From Chloroflexia bacterium (lineage in GTDB: Bacteria > Chloroflexota > Chloroflexia > DTKN01), in the NCBI GenBank assembly GCA_049970175.1, contig JBMFNL010000004.1, positions 1,822 to 65,821 on the forward strand: a stretch of DNA of 64,000 nucleotides, given 5' to 3'. Shown here piece after piece: positions 1 to 10,601 of the stretch. The position numbers and the translations under genes are program-made. The notes beneath the pieces are model-generated. The model saw nothing but the letters and a program-made list of their open reading frames with translations. It did not search any database and was not told the DNA's origin. The first letter of the stretch is position 1. Each line of letters starts with the position of its first letter.

Positions 1-1163
1 GAAAAGGTGTAAGGACCAGGTATAGGCCAACAGGGCATAGGCCAGGATGGCCGCCGTGGTCACCCATTCCACCCAGGTTGGCCGATAGACCGGCAGCGGG
101 GCGACCGGCTGTCCGGGGAGGTAGCCCACACGGATGAACATGCTGGACAGGTTCACATCCCAGCGGGCGATCACCAGGCCGGCCACGACCAGGAGTGTTG
201 CCAGAGGAAGGCTTCCGGAGCGTTCCCGCAAGCGGGGGATGAGCAGCAGCACGGCCGGGACGATACCGCCCAGGAAAATTTCTCCTATCCAGAAGGGGAC
301 GGTCAGCGGCCCCCCGGCGAGCATCTCCAGCCCCTCCGTCCGACCGGGGAGGTGGGTATAGGACATGGCGAAGAGGTCCCACAGGCGCATATAGAGGTAA
401 ATGACCAGGGCCGCTCCGACGAAGCGGCCCAGGCGAAGCAGGATGCGCCGAGGGACCGGTTCGCGGCCCAGGGCCCGTTCGGCCCCCAGTGTGGCCAGGA
501 TGGTGAGCGCCGGTCCGGCGGCTACGGCGTGGGCCAGGAAAAGCACGGCCGTCCCCGGATTTCCCCACAGGGGACGGAAGGGGATGACCCCGTAGGTCGC
601 TCCCAGGGAGGATTGATGGAGCAGGGAGAGGAGCAGGCCGGCCAGGGCCAGCACCGGAGCGAGGGCGTGCACCCGTTGCAGGAGGCAGGCCGGCCCGGGC
701 CAGCGTTTCTCCAACCAGGGGGCATGTCCGATCACCGGAGCCAACTCCAGGAAGAGGACGCCGGTGTAGAGGACCACGCACATCGTGATCTCCCACAGGA
801 CCGAGTGCGGGTTCCAGAAGACCAGGGGATGCCAGAAGCGTTCCGGCCGGCCCAGGTCCAAAAGGAGGGCCAGCACGGCGGAGGTGTAGCCCAGCAACCC
901 CACCAGGACCGCTATCCTGGCCAGCGGCCGGAAATCGTGCAGACGCAGGAGGTAGACGGCGGCGGAAAGGAGAAAGGCCCCCGCCCCCAACCCGATGGCC
1001 GAGAGGTCCAGGGTGATCCACACCCCCCAGGGGACGGCATCGCTCATTCCGGTGACGATCAATCCCCGGCTGTAGACCTGATAGGCGCCCACGCCGCCCA
1101 AGGCCAGAACGCCGAGGAGCAAGGCCGTCCAGGGCAGCAGGTAAGGGTGCCGACGCAGCGACA
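1..1163 (-). CDS. NrfD/PsrC-family polytopic membrane quinol-interacting subunit; 3' end of the gene lies outside the window
   Basis: Reverse-complement reading from ATG at 1163 gives MSLRRHPYLLPWTALLLGVLALGG... with a continuous hydrophobic multi-helix protein. It is directly downstream and co-directional with the NrfC-like gene, with a 1-nt gap. It is not in the ORF track because it runs off the window edge. Confidence 0.7.
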
Positions 1164-1970
1164 TCACGGCCTCCTCTCCGGCGGAGTCGTCGGCGGAACG
1201 GCGGCCAGCGAGGTCAGGTAATAGACCCGGGGCGAGGTGCCCAGGTCCTCGCGCAGACGCATGCTGGGGCGTTCTGCCAGCAAACGGGAGACGGTGCTCT
1301 GGGGATCGTTCAGGTCGCCGAAGAAGCGGGCCTCCACCGGGCATTCGGTGACGCAGGCCGGCGTGGCCTCGCGGTCCACGCCGGGGGTCAGCCCCAGGGC
1401 CAGCCCTCGCTCGATACGCTGGAGGCAGAAGGTACACTTTTCCACCACGCCTCGTGCCCGGCGGGGCACCTCCGGCACGCCGAAGTTGGGCACATAGGGG
1501 TTCACGCCCTCCCAGGCCTCCCAGTTGAAGTGTCGGGCCTCGTAGGGGCAGGCCACCATACAGTAACGACAGCCGATGCACCGGTCATAGTCCATGACCA
1601 CCAGGCCGTCCGGCCGGCGGTAGGTGGCCCCCACCGGGCAGACCGCCACACAGGGCGGATGTTCACAGTGCATACAGGGTCGGGGTAGGTAAATCTTGCC
1701 CCCGGTCAGTTCGGTCTGGATGTAGACTTCGTTCCAGGGGGCATCGGGGCGCACGTCGTTGACGGCCAGGCAGGCGTAGGTGCAATAGTGGCAGCCGATA
1801 CAGGCCCCCTGGTCAATGACCATGGCCCAGCGGTGGGGCGAGGAGGCCTCCGGTCGGGGAAAAGCGGAGGGTGCGCTCTCCAGCCGCCGCAGCAGGCGGG
1901 CAAGGCCGGCCGCCAGGGGAGCCAAGCCGGCCGCTGCCAGCAGGCCCAGAAATTCCCTACGACTGAGCAC
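1164..1970 (-). CDS. 4Fe-4S ferredoxin-type iron-sulfur subunit (NrfC/PsrB/DmsB-like) with Tat signal
   Basis: N-terminal twin-arginine motif SRREFLGLLAAAG. Four Cys clusters: CIGCHYCTYAC, CMHCEHPPCVAVCP, CIGCRYCMVACP, CTFCLQRI. Confidence 0.85.
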   Translation of the reverse strand: MLSRREFLGLLAAAGLAPLAAGLARLLRRLESAPSAFPRPEASSPHRWAMVIDQGACIGCHYCTYACLAVNDVRPDAPWNEVYIQTELTGGKIYLPRPCMHCEHPPCVAVCPVGATYRRPDGLVVMDYDRCIGCRYCMVACPYEARHFNWEAWEGVNPYVPNFGVPEVPRRARGVVEKCTFCLQRIERGLALGLTPGVDREATPACVTECPVEARFFGDLNDPQSTVSRLLAERPSMRLREDLGTSPRVYYLTSLAAVPPTTPPERRP

Positions 1971-3108
1971 CTTGTCCTCCCGTCCGCCGGCGCTGGAGGA
2001 GCAGGGTCACCAATACGCCGACCAACAGTCCCCCCAACGCTCCGCCGATCAAACCCAGGAGCAGGTTGCGGGTCGTTTGCCCCTGCAGGTCGTCCAGTTG
2101 TTTCTCCAGTGCGGTAATTCGTTGCATCAGGGGCACGGTCGCCTCGGTTACCGGAGCGAATTCCTCCCGTCGGCTGTGGATGGTATCGCGGGTATGACAC
2201 TGGGTACAGGCCTCGGAGGTTACGCCGAAAAAGTGGCCGGTGGGCAACGTGCCGCCGCTGGGCGAACCTTCGGGCGGCCGGTACATGTGGCAATCGGCGC
2301 AGGTCACGCCGTGCTGGGCGTGGGCCGCGTGAGCAAAGTCCTCGGCCCGGTCGCCGTGGCAGGTAGCGCAGAGGGCGGTCGAGGTGGGGAAAAGGAGGCC
2401 CTGGGAGTGCACGGCATGGCAACTGGCACATTTGACCCCGCGTTGGCTGTGCCCGCTGAGTTGCCATTCCTGGTAGGTGCTCGTGTGGCAGGCACCGCAG
2501 CGTTCGGCCGCCGGATCCACCGGCATCATATCGGTCTGGGGATGGCCCTCGCGGTAGGTGCCATGGCACGATTCACAGGTCACCCCTTCGGCCACCGGCA
2601 GGCCGGTGTTGGGGTCGTACCCGGTCGCATGGCAGGCCAGACAATAGCCCGGCTTGCGGTTTTCGACCCAGGAGGCCTGGAAGACCGGATCCTGAAAGGC
2701 CCGGGCATGGGTCGAGTTTTGCCATTCCTGGATATGGGGCTGATGACACCGGGCGCAGAATTCCGGCCCTTTGTATTCGGCCGGACGGATGGGAGGCAAG
2801 GTGGGCAGAGGCTCGGTCGGAAGGCGGGTCGGTACGTCCGGTGAAGTAGGCGAAACGGCCGTCGGCGTCTTCGACTCTCCCGGGGAGGTCGGATGGCAGG
2901 TCAAACAGGTTTCCTGGGTCCGGCCGGCGTGGTCGGCCGGCATCGCCTGGGGTCCGCCGATATGGCAACTCAGGCAGGCCTCGCGGCCGGCCACCGGGTG
3001 CGGCACGGCGGGGGCTTGGGTCAGCGGCGTTCCCCCGACCGTTTGGCTCAGCACCATCCCCAGGAAGGCGCCGGCCAATACGAATAGCCAAAGCCAACGT
3101 TTCATCAC
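1957..3108 (-). CDS. Decahaem c-type cytochrome, secreted, with C-terminal transmembrane anchor
   Basis: Signal peptide MMKRWLWLFVLAGAFLGMVLS. Ten CxxCH motifs: CLSCH, CLTCH, CARCH, CLACH, CESCH, CGACH, CASCH, CATCH, CADCH, CTQCH. C-terminal hydrophobic helix LLLGLIGGALGGLLVGVLVTLLL followed by RRR. Confidence 0.85.
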   Translation of the reverse strand: MMKRWLWLFVLAGAFLGMVLSQTVGGTPLTQAPAVPHPVAGREACLSCHIGGPQAMPADHAGRTQETCLTCHPTSPGESKTPTAVSPTSPDVPTRLPTEPLPTLPPIRPAEYKGPEFCARCHQPHIQEWQNSTHARAFQDPVFQASWVENRKPGYCLACHATGYDPNTGLPVAEGVTCESCHGTYREGHPQTDMMPVDPAAERCGACHTSTYQEWQLSGHSQRGVKCASCHAVHSQGLLFPTSTALCATCHGDRAEDFAHAAHAQHGVTCADCHMYRPPEGSPSGGTLPTGHFFGVTSEACTQCHTRDTIHSRREEFAPVTEATVPLMQRITALEKQLDDLQGQTTRNLLLGLIGGALGGLLVGVLVTLLLQRRRTGGQGAQS

Positions 3109-3210
3109 CGCTTCTCCCGGTTACTTTGTGAAAATATACGCAAAACAAGGTGCAAAAAATATTTTTCTTTGCTATTATAAAAACTTTCCGGCCGTTGTCC
3201 CCCGGCAGAT

Positions 3211-3239
3211 GTCCCGGACAGGCCGGGACATCTGTCCTG
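3211..3239. promoter_or_regulatory. Perfect 12-bp inverted repeat (CAGATGTCCCGG-acagg-CCGGGACATCTG) in the AT-rich leader of the cytochrome operon
   Basis: Read directly in the sequence. It lies about 65-70 bp upstream of a minus-strand TATAAT (plus-strand coordinates 3164-3169) and just downstream of the response-regulator stop. Confidence 0.4.
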
Positions 3240-3330
3240 TAGGGCGCTGTGGGATTGTTCCATCCCGCAGGAATCCAAAGGAGACAGGATAGCGGCACCG
3301 GACCGGGTCGGTCCCTTCGACCGGCCGCTC

Positions 3331-4002
3331 TCACTCTTCCAAAGGACACACTTCCCCGATGTGGTGTTCCAGGGCGTAGGTGGCGGCCTGCACCCGGGAG
3401 GAGAGGCCCAGTTTGCCGAGGATGGCGCTGACGTAGTTGCGCACGGTTTTTTCGCGCAATCCCAGGCGGTAGGCAATTTCTTTATTGCTCAACCCCCGGG
3501 CCACACCGGCCAGGACGCGCATTTCCTGTTCCGTCAGGCCGGCGAAGGCCTGGCGATGGCGTGCCTGGGCCCCCTCCCGCACCCGGCGTAGCACCCGTTC
3601 CGTCACCGCCGGATCGAGCAGAGCCTCGCCCCGCCCAACCGTCTCGATGGCCTGTACCAGGGCCTCGCAGCCGATCTGCTTCAGGACGTAGCCGCTGGCT
3701 CCGGCGGCGATGGCCTCGAAAAGGGCCTGGTCGTCCTCGTAGGAGGTGAGCATGATCACCCGGGTATCGGGCAGGCGGGCCCGGATCTCTCGACAGGCTT
3801 CCACCCCGGAACGACCGGGCAGGCGCACGTCCATCACCACCACGTCGGGATGTTTCCGCACGGCTTCGGCGACGGCCTCCTCGGCCGAGCCGGCCTCTCC
3901 GACCACCTGGAGGTGGGGATAACGCTCCAGCAGGGCCCGCAACCCCAATCGCACCACCTCATGGTCGTCCACCAGGAGCACACGCCAGCGTGTCTGGGTC
4001 AT
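3331..4002 (-). CDS. NarL/FixJ-family response regulator (REC + LuxR-type HTH)
   Basis: [19 protein letters not shown]...[13 protein letters not shown] receiver motifs. C-terminal [41 protein letters not shown] at 4002 overlaps the kinase stop (ATGA). Confidence 0.85.
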   Translation of the reverse strand: MTQTRWRVLLVDDHEVVRLGLRALLERYPHLQVVGEAGSAEEAVAEAVRKHPDVVVMDVRLPGRSGVEACREIRARLPDTRVIMLTSYEDDQALFEAIAAGASGYVLKQIGCEALVQAIETVGRGEALLDPAVTERVLRRVREGAQARHRQAFAGLTEQEMRVLAGVARGLSNKEIAYRLGLREKTVRNYVSAILGKLGLSSRVQAATYALEHHIGEVCPLEE

Positions 4003-5450
4003 GGATACCTCCGGCCGGCCTCGTTCCCGCTCCTGCCCGACAGGCACGAACACGGCACCTGCACCGTAACCCGTGTCCCTGAGCCGGGCCGGGAGGCCAC
4101 CTGGAACGTCCCTCCCAGGATTTCGGCCCGCTCGCGCATGGTCCGCAGCCCCATCCCCCGCCCTTCCCGACGTACCTGCTCCGGGTCAAAGCCGCAACCG
4201 TCGTCGGCCACTTCCAGGCGCAGGGCCTCGGGTTCGCAGAAGACTTCCACTTTCACCCGATGGGCCCGGGCATGGCGGAGCACGTTGCTCAGGGCCTCCT
4301 GGACGATCCGGGAGAGATGGGCCACATGCCCCGGCGGAGGGTCGCAACCCAGGCCGTGCACCCGCAAATCGGCCTCCACCATCGTATTCAGGCGCACCTC
4401 CTGCACCATCTCGGCCAACCGCCGCACCAAAGAGCCCTCTTCAGAGCGGCCCCGCAGGTCGAAGATATAGGTCCGAATCTCCTGGATGACCTGGTTCAGG
4501 CTCCCCATGACGCTGCGGATCTTTTCCCTGGCCTCCTCCGGTGCTTCGGCGCAGGTATGCAGGGCATCCTCCAGGCGCAGCCCGGCGGCATAGAGCGACT
4601 GGATGATGCCGTCGTGCAGTTCGCGGCCGATGCGCTCCCGGTCGGCCAGGAGCAGGTTGCGGCGCTCGGCCTCGGCCACGATGGCTTCGGTCTCGGCCTC
4701 GAAGACGGCCAGGGCCCGCCCGGTGAAGAGGGCCATAGCGACGCCGTCCAGGGTACGGAACAAGGGGGCCAAGACGCCGATGGCATAGAGCAACCAGGGA
4801 TAGGCCAGCCACTCCCCAGGAAAGAAGGGGCCGGCCACGGCCAGGAAAACCCCTACGATGATGAAAAAGCCCAGCGCAAGGGCCGCGCCCAGAAGGTAAT
4901 GGGCGATGTGGGGAAAACCGGCCTCCCGCACTTCCCGACGTTGTTCCAGGAGGCCCAGACAGGAGAGGGCCGCCCCCGGCAGGCCCAGGAGGTAGCGCGC
5001 CAGCACATCCCCGGTGCTGAAGAGGACTTCGCCGGGCGCCCGCATGGCTGCCCAGAGGTACACCAGGGCCAGCACCCAGAACAGGACGAACAGGCCGGGC
5101 AGGAAGCGCACCCCCCGCCAGCGCGGCGAAGTGGGCCGCAGGAGTTCCACCCCAAACTGGAAGAGCAGGGCCAGCGCCAGGCCCCGGGCCAGGAGTTGCA
5201 GGACGGAAAGCCAGGAGATATAGGTCGGGATGGGCAGCCGTTCCTGGAGGGGGATGATCAGGTTGGCCCACTCGTTGAGCCCGTAAAGGAGACCGAAGCC
5301 GGCCAGCAAGCCCAGATGGCGGGCCAGGCGCAGCCGGCTGTAGCGCCTTCGTTCCAGGGCCGAGGCCAGACCCATCGAGAAGAAGGACAACCCACCAACG
5401 AAATAGATCAGGGCGCGGTTGGTGGTGAAGAAAAGGTTGAGCGCCTCCAA
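3999..5450 (-). CDS. Membrane sensor histidine kinase (HisKA_3/NarX-DesK type) with ~6 N-terminal TM helices
   Basis: H-box [10 protein letters not shown]. HATPase motifs [29 protein letters not shown]. Hydrophobic N-terminal half. Confidence 0.8.
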   Translation of the reverse strand: MEALNLFFTTNRALIYFVGGLSFFSMGLASALERRRYSRLRLARHLGLLAGFGLLYGLNEWANLIIPLQERLPIPTYISWLSVLQLLARGLALALLFQFGVELLRPTSPRWRGVRFLPGLFVLFWVLALVYLWAAMRAPGEVLFSTGDVLARYLLGLPGAALSCLGLLEQRREVREAGFPHIAHYLLGAALALGFFIIVGVFLAVAGPFFPGEWLAYPWLLYAIGVLAPLFRTLDGVAMALFTGRALAVFEAETEAIVAEAERRNLLLADRERIGRELHDGIIQSLYAAGLRLEDALHTCAEAPEEAREKIRSVMGSLNQVIQEIRTYIFDLRGRSEEGSLVRRLAEMVQEVRLNTMVEADLRVHGLGCDPPPGHVAHLSRIVQEALSNVLRHARAHRVKVEVFCEPEALRLEVADDGCGFDPEQVRREGRGMGLRTMRERAEILGGTFQVASRPGSGTRVTVQVPCSCLSGRSGNEAGRRYP

Positions 5451-5460
5451 AAGCGCCTCC

Positions 5461-8400
5461 TCACCGCCGGTGGAGCACCCGGGGCAAGTAGACCCGCCAG
5501 AAAGAGAGGACGGCCGGCCCGTGGGCGGTCCGCCGGCCGTTCAGGTCCACGTCCTCCAGCGTGTAGAAGTAGGTCTGCCCCGGACGGGCCGCCGTGTCCA
5601 AAAATTCGTAGGAGGCCCCCTCGCCCCCGCCGGGCGAGCGGGAGGGGATGAGGGTGGCGTTGACCTTTTCTCCCTTCTCCTGGAGGGAGGCGCTGCGGTA
5701 GAGGTTGAAGCCGGCATTGTCCTGCTCGCCGGCGGTCTCCCAGGTGAGCAGGATGCCGGAAGCGGCCGGCCGGGCAGCAAAGGCCAGGAGTTTCACCGCC
5801 AAGGGAAGGTTCCCACCGGTGAAATCAGAAAAGAGGTTCACAGTCATCGTGAAGCGATTGTTCGCCGTCTCCACCAGGTTGCCGGCCGTCCAGTTGCCAC
5901 TATGATATCTCAGGGCCCGAATATTGCCCTCTGTACCCATCACATCGGCATCCACATAGTAGAAAGTGGCCGTGCAGGTGAAACTGGAGATGCCGCTCGT
6001 GGTAACCGTCCAGTAGCGGGTCAGGTAGTCGCTGGTGCTGGGGTTGTTCGGGTGTCTATCGTCCGCCAGATTGACGCAAGCCCGCCCGGAAACAAAGATG
6101 CCGCTGCTGAAATCCAGCGTGGCTGGCGAATATTCGGCCGTGTCCGTGGCATCGCCGATGGGGAAGAGAAACGAGCCGGCCGCGGCATACTCCTTGCACA
6201 GCGCCCCACTGCCATCGGCCACAACCATGCGCGTTGCGCCCGGCGTGCCGGAATAACCGCTGCCCACGCCCATGAGCAGGTCATAGTCCCCCAGCGTCAG
6301 CCGGCCGCTGGATAGGGTCAGCGTTCGGTCCACCTGCGTGGTGTGGGCCAGGTTGACCCTGGCGGGGTTGTTGATGGTCAGGGCGTAGAAAGCGGTGGTC
6401 GCGCTGCCGCCGATGGTCTGCGGGCTCGTGCCGTTGAACACCACCGTGCCGCTGTTGTGGGTGAAGGTACCGTTGTTTTCCCAGTTGCCGGCCACGTTGA
6501 TCGTCTTGCTGCCGTACACCGGGCCCAAAACGACCGCCCCGGTCTCAATCGTCAGGTGGTAAAAGTTATAGGTCCCCAGATTGGAGAGCGTGCCGTTCAG
6601 CGCCGTCCCCGTACCGTTGGCAAAGGTCACCGTCGCCGTTCCGCCGTTGAAGGTGTTGGTGCTGTAGACGGCAAAGCGGTCCCCGACGACGCGGAAACTG
6701 TGCGTCCCGGCGTTGAGGGTGCTGGCGGATTGCACCCAGATGCTCCCAAAAGTAGTCGTGCCGCTTCCCGACAGGCTGATGTTGCCCCCGCCGTTGAAAT
6801 AGATATCCTGGCCGGCCCCTTCCGTGAAGGTGCCGTTGTTGACAAAACTGTGATAGACGCAGACGCTCCCGCCGGTGGTGTGGTTCGTCGTCGCCCCGCC
6901 GGCGATCTCCAGGTCGTAAAAGACTTTCTGCCCGCCGCCCAGAATGCTGCTGGGTGTTCCGGTGAACAGGAACTTGCCGGTCCCCGGGTCCATCGTCCCG
7001 CTTCCGCTCACCTTGTCCAGGTCATGGACCACCGTCGTTGTGGTACTGCCGAAATAAACCTTGACGCCGGACTGGGAGTTGAGCGTCAGATTGTAGAAGG
7101 TCGTGTTCCCGCTCACCGTCTGGATGCCGTCGCCTCCCCCGCTCCCGGTGAAGCGCACCGTGCCGTTGTTGTGGGCAAAGGTGCCGGCCCGGGTCCAGTC
7201 GTCCTTCACGCTCAGGATGCCGGAGGTGGAGGTCAGGGTGCTGCCGGCGGCGATGGTCAGCGAGCCGCAGGCCGTCTTGTTCGAGCCGGCCGGGTAGTTG
7301 GGTTCTCGCCCGTTGTTGGCGAAGGCGGCGTTGAGGTTGAGGGCGGTGCTGTTGGTGATGATGACGTTATAGGGCATTCCCTTGTCCGTCCCGCAGGTGG
7401 GGTTGGTGTCGTCCGGCCACCACTCGGCGGCGGAATCGAAGGGGCCGGAGTTGTTGTAGCGCAGCGTCGAGCCGGCATCGTAAAAGGGCGTGCCGTCGCA
7501 GTTGGATGGGGCGCAACCGGTGCTGCTGCCGTCCTCCTCGCTGGCGACAAAGGTGTGCTGATTCAGGGTGAGGATGCCGGCGATGTGGGCCCGCCGGCCG
7601 GTATCGTGGTCGTAAAAATCCACCCCAAAGTTGCCGCTGCCGCCGGGGTTGCGGCGGAGGGTGACGTGGTTGAAAGTGGTCACCGCCGAGCCCAGCACCC
7701 GGCCGTTCCGGTTGTTTTCTCCGCTGAAGACAACCGTGCCGGTGCCCCGGTTGAAGGTGCCGTTGTTCCAGAAGACCGGTCCGGAGGTGGCATCGCCCTG
7801 CAGGGTGATGGTGGATGAGCCGGCGCTCAGTTCGGCCGAACTATCGTTCACCTTGAGTTCGCGCCGGACGGTGATGTCCACCGTCAGGGTGACGTTGCCG
7901 GTCACGGCGTTATCGATGAGCAGGTAGTCGAAGGTGGTGGCGGCGCTTCCGTCCACGTACTGGGCGCCGCTGCCGTTGAAGGTGACCTGCCGGCCGTTGG
8001 GGTTGAAGGTGCCATTGTTGGTCCAGTTTCCTCCTACGGCGAGGTCGCCGCCGATGGCGGAAGAGAGGATCAGGCTCCCCCCGCTGCCCACCAGCACCCG
8101 GCCGCTCACCGAGGTCCCGTCCGCAATCGCGCCAAAGTTGACGGTGCCGTTGTCCACGCGCAGGTCGCCGCCGATCGTCCAGGCCCCGCCGACGCGGGTG
8201 ATGGTCCGCCCCGGCGTGTTCATGGTAAAGTCATAAACGTTGAGCGCCCCAAAGTCGTCGATGTCGGTTTCGCGGTTGAAGACGTAGCAGTTGCGGGAGA
8301 AGGGTTTGGTGCTGGTGCCGTTGCCGGTATTGTTGACGATGTAGTAGCGGGTGTAGCGGGCGGCGGTGCCGATGGTGCCGCCGGGGTTTTCGACAGGCAC

Positions 8401-9000
8401 CGGGCCGTAGACGTATCCGCCGCTCGAGGTCAGGTAGCCGAACCAGGCGAAGGAGGCCGGCCGGCCGCCGAGGGCCGACCAGGGCAGGGCGAACTCGCGC
8501 GTGTTGGTCCCGCCGTCATCGGCGTAACTTCCCCAGCCGGTCGTCGGCCCGGACCAGCCGTTCGCGCCGTTCGCCAGACGGTATTCCCGGTAGCCGTTTT
8601 TGGCGTAGAGGACGATGTCGGCGCGGAACTGGAGGGCGGCGAAGTTGGTGCCGTCGTAATTGAAGCCGACGATGGTGCCGTCGGCATTGCTACCCCCGTT
8701 GATGGGAGCGAGCGGGTTGCGGTCCAGGTAGAGGATGGCGCCCTCGTAGATGTTGGCTCCGGCGATGCCGACGTAGAGGTTGTCGTCGTCCCAGGTCATA
8801 TACCAGACCTGGCCGCCGCTGGTCTGCCGGTTCTGACCGTCGGTGTGGTCGCCGTATTCGCCGGGGGAGATCGTTCCGTCCACGGTCGGCGTATTGAACT
8901 GGGCGGCGGCCGGCCGGGCGCCCGGGCCGGCGGTGAGGAGCAATCCCAGGGCCAGGGCAAGGAACAGCGGCAGGACGGCCCGAAGCGATCTCGTGTCCAT
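5461..9000 (-). CDS. Giant secreted cell-surface protein: N-terminal CBM9/DOMON-like glycan-binding module, long G/T/N-rich beta-helix-like repeats, shared C-terminal ~110-aa domain
   Basis: Start MDTRSLRAVLPLFLALALGLLL (RBS GAGGAGG) with signal peptide. QFNTPTVDGTISPGEYGD...WYMTWDDDNLY resembles CBM9. Repetitive GTxTFNGT-type segments. The C-terminal domain is almost identical to that of the 12387-17228 protein. Confidence 0.7.
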   Translation of the reverse strand: MDTRSLRAVLPLFLALALGLLLTAGPGARPAAAQFNTPTVDGTISPGEYGDHTDGQNRQTSGGQVWYMTWDDDNLYVGIAGANIYEGAILYLDRNPLAPINGGSNADGTIVGFNYDGTNFAALQFRADIVLYAKNGYREYRLANGANGWSGPTTGWGSYADDGGTNTREFALPWSALGGRPASFAWFGYLTSSGGYVYGPVPVENPGGTIGTAARYTRYYIVNNTGNGTSTKPFSRNCYVFNRETDIDDFGALNVYDFTMNTPGRTITRVGGAWTIGGDLRVDNGTVNFGAIADGTSVSGRVLVGSGGSLILSSAIGGDLAVGGNWTNNGTFNPNGRQVTFNGSGAQYVDGSAATTFDYLLIDNAVTGNVTLTVDITVRRELKVNDSSAELSAGSSTITLQGDATSGPVFWNNGTFNRGTGTVVFSGENNRNGRVLGSAVTTFNHVTLRRNPGGSGNFGVDFYDHDTGRRAHIAGILTLNQHTFVASEEDGSSTGCAPSNCDGTPFYDAGSTLRYNNSGPFDSAAEWWPDDTNPTCGTDKGMPYNVIITNSTALNLNAAFANNGREPNYPAGSNKTACGSLTIAAGSTLTSTSGILSVKDDWTRAGTFAHNNGTVRFTGSGGGDGIQTVSGNTTFYNLTLNSQSGVKVYFGSTTTTVVHDLDKVSGSGTMDPGTGKFLFTGTPSSILGGGQKVFYDLEIAGGATTNHTTGGSVCVYHSFVNNGTFTEGAGQDIYFNGGGNISLSGSGTTTFGSIWVQSASTLNAGTHSFRVVGDRFAVYSTNTFNGGTATVTFANGTGTALNGTLSNLGTYNFYHLTIETGAVVLGPVYGSKTINVAGNWENNGTFTHNSGTVVFNGTSPQTIGGSATTAFYALTINNPARVNLAHTTQVDRTLTLSSGRLTLGDYDLLMGVGSGYSGTPGATRMVVADGSGALCKEYAAAGSFLFPIGDATDTAEYSPATLDFSSGIFVSGRACVNLADDRHPNNPSTSDYLTRYWTVTTSGISSFTCTATFYYVDADVMGTEGNIRALRYHSGNWTAGNLVETANNRFTMTVNLFSDFTGGNLPLAVKLLAFAARPAASGILLTWETAGEQDNAGFNLYRSASLQEKGEKVNATLIPSRSPGGGEGASYEFLDTAARPGQTYFYTLEDVDLNGRRTAHGPAVLSFWRVYLPRVLHRR
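5508..5775. repeat. Direct repeat copy 1 (~268 bp, >90% identical, with a 130-bp block identical to 12429-12695)
   Basis: Aligned by eye. The identical block is atgagggtggcgttgaccttttctcccttctcctggagggagg...gatgccggaagcggccggccgggc. It encodes the shared C-terminal domain of the two surface proteins. Confidence 0.85.
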
Positions 9001-9183
9001 CGGAACCTCCTCAGGCCCCAGGGCCTTTCCGATGCACAAGCACCGGATTCCTGGATCGGATTATACCCAAAGCCGAGCGGCGGGTCAACCGGAGTGCATG
9101 TTGGTCGTTGGGCGAGGCCGGATTTCGATCCGGCCGTCGCTGCGCTCCGGCCCACTTCACACGGCGCCTCGCCGGGCCGTTCG

Positions 9184-9222
9184 GGTTTCGATACCCCTTC
9201 GGCCTCGATACGCCCCTTCGGA
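9184..9222. repeat. Short dispersed intergenic element, copy A (GGTTTCGATACC...CTCGATACGCCCCTTCGG)
   Basis: The GTTTCGATAC(G)C core and the CCCTTCGG motif recur at 23823-23885 and 28991-29034. Confidence 0.5.
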
Positions 9223-9298
9223 GGTTACCGACCCGCCGGGCGCCGTGTTGAGCCCGTCAAAACCTTCAAACCCGCAGATTTCTAACCTTCAACCGTGC

Positions 9299-10591
9299 TC
9301 AGGGGCCCTTCTCCTGGAAGTAGGGTTGGGTGAGGGAGATAGCCCGGGTTACCGCTTCCTCCACCGGAATACGGCCGTAGAAGGCCGCCTCGATCTCCCG
9401 GTCGGCCACCTCCTCGATCGTGCCCCAGCGGGGAAGGATCGGCAAGAAGCGCAAGGTCGGGATGACCTCGAGGAAGATACGGCTGCTAGCCGGAGGCCGG
9501 CCGGGTTCCAGGAAGGCCGGGGATTCGGCGACCGACTGCAGCGAAGGTACGGTGCGACCGGTTTTGGCCAGGATTTCCTGGCCTTCGACCGAGTTGGCAA
9601 ACTCGATCAGGGCCCAGGCTGCCTCCTTGTCCTGGGTAGCGGCCGCCATACAGAAGCCGTCGCTATGGAGGATCGAGGCCGCCTCCCGGCCGGCCGGCAG
9701 GGGGGCCACGTCCCACCGGAAAGCGGTGATGGTCCGGTAGGTCGGCACGCCGCGCCGGCTGTTGAAATACATCGCCAGGCGGCCGCCCAGGAAGCGGCTC
9801 TCGCTCGATTCAGCCTGTTCCGCCGCCGCATCAGGGACCACTTTCTCCTGCACCTGGAGATTCACGAACCATCGGAAGGCGGCCAGCGCCGCCGGGCTAT
9901 CCAGGGTCAGGTGGGAGGGATGGACCGGGTCGTCCACCAGTTCGCCCCCATTTTGCCAGATCAGGGGAGCCAGCCGCTGCAATCGGGGGGAAATCCCGGC
10001 CCCGTACTGGTCGATCCGTCCATCGCCGTCCAGGTCTCGGGTCAGGGCGCGGGCTGCATCCAGGAAATCATCCCAGGTCCAGCCAGCCCGGGGGTAGGGC
10101 AGGCCGGCCGCGTCAAACAGGTCCTGGTTGTAATAGACCACCAGGCTGGACACATTCTGGGGAATACACCAGAGTCGGCCGGACCAACGGAAGGCCTCGA
10201 TCGCCTGGGGGAAAAAGTCCGTTTCCCGGAAGAGATGGTTTCGCGCCAGGTAGGGTTCCAGGGCTTCCAGGCCGCCCTGGGCGGCGAAAAAAGCGAAGCG
10301 GCGGTAACTCAAGAGCATTACATCCGGGGGACGGCCGGCGGAAAAATCCATCAGCAGTTGTTGCTGGTATTCGCTCTGTCCGGGAACGTGGCGCAACTGG
10401 ACGTCAATGTCCGGATGTCGGGACTCGAAGGCCGCTACCAGGCTTTCGTAGGCGGCCAGTTCGGCCGGGTCGCCAAAAACGGCGAAGGAGATCGTACGGG
10501 TGCCGGCCGGTGTCCCGCACCCCCCAATCCACCATCCGAAGCACAGCCCCAGGATGATCAGAAGGAAGTACTTTCGACCGTAGATACGCAT
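9299..10591 (-). CDS. Extracellular solute-binding protein of a CUT1-type sugar ABC transporter (lipoprotein)
   Basis: Lipobox LGLCFGWWIGGCG. Family-1 SBP-like sequence throughout. Confidence 0.8.
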   Translation of the reverse strand: MRIYGRKYFLLIILGLCFGWWIGGCGTPAGTRTISFAVFGDPAELAAYESLVAAFESRHPDIDVQLRHVPGQSEYQQQLLMDFSAGRPPDVMLLSYRRFAFFAAQGGLEALEPYLARNHLFRETDFFPQAIEAFRWSGRLWCIPQNVSSLVVYYNQDLFDAAGLPYPRAGWTWDDFLDAARALTRDLDGDGRIDQYGAGISPRLQRLAPLIWQNGGELVDDPVHPSHLTLDSPAALAAFRWFVNLQVQEKVVPDAAAEQAESSESRFLGGRLAMYFNSRRGVPTYRTITAFRWDVAPLPAGREAASILHSDGFCMAAATQDKEAAWALIEFANSVEGQEILAKTGRTVPSLQSVAESPAFLEPGRPPASSRIFLEVIPTLRFLPILPRWGTIEEVADREIEAAFYGRIPVEEAVTRAISLTQPYFQEKGP

Positions 10592-10601
10592 CTTGGCCTC
10601 C

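Noticed and set aside
352-1221. 289-aa plus-strand ORF at the left edge
   Set aside because: It is antisense to the NrfD-like membrane gene, which has a coherent hydrophobic translation and correct operon context.
6343-7818. 491-aa plus-strand ORF and other 70-600-aa ORFs inside 5461-9000 and 8843-10675
   Set aside because: They are antisense artefacts within the large surface-protein and SBP genes. There is no RBS or domain signal.
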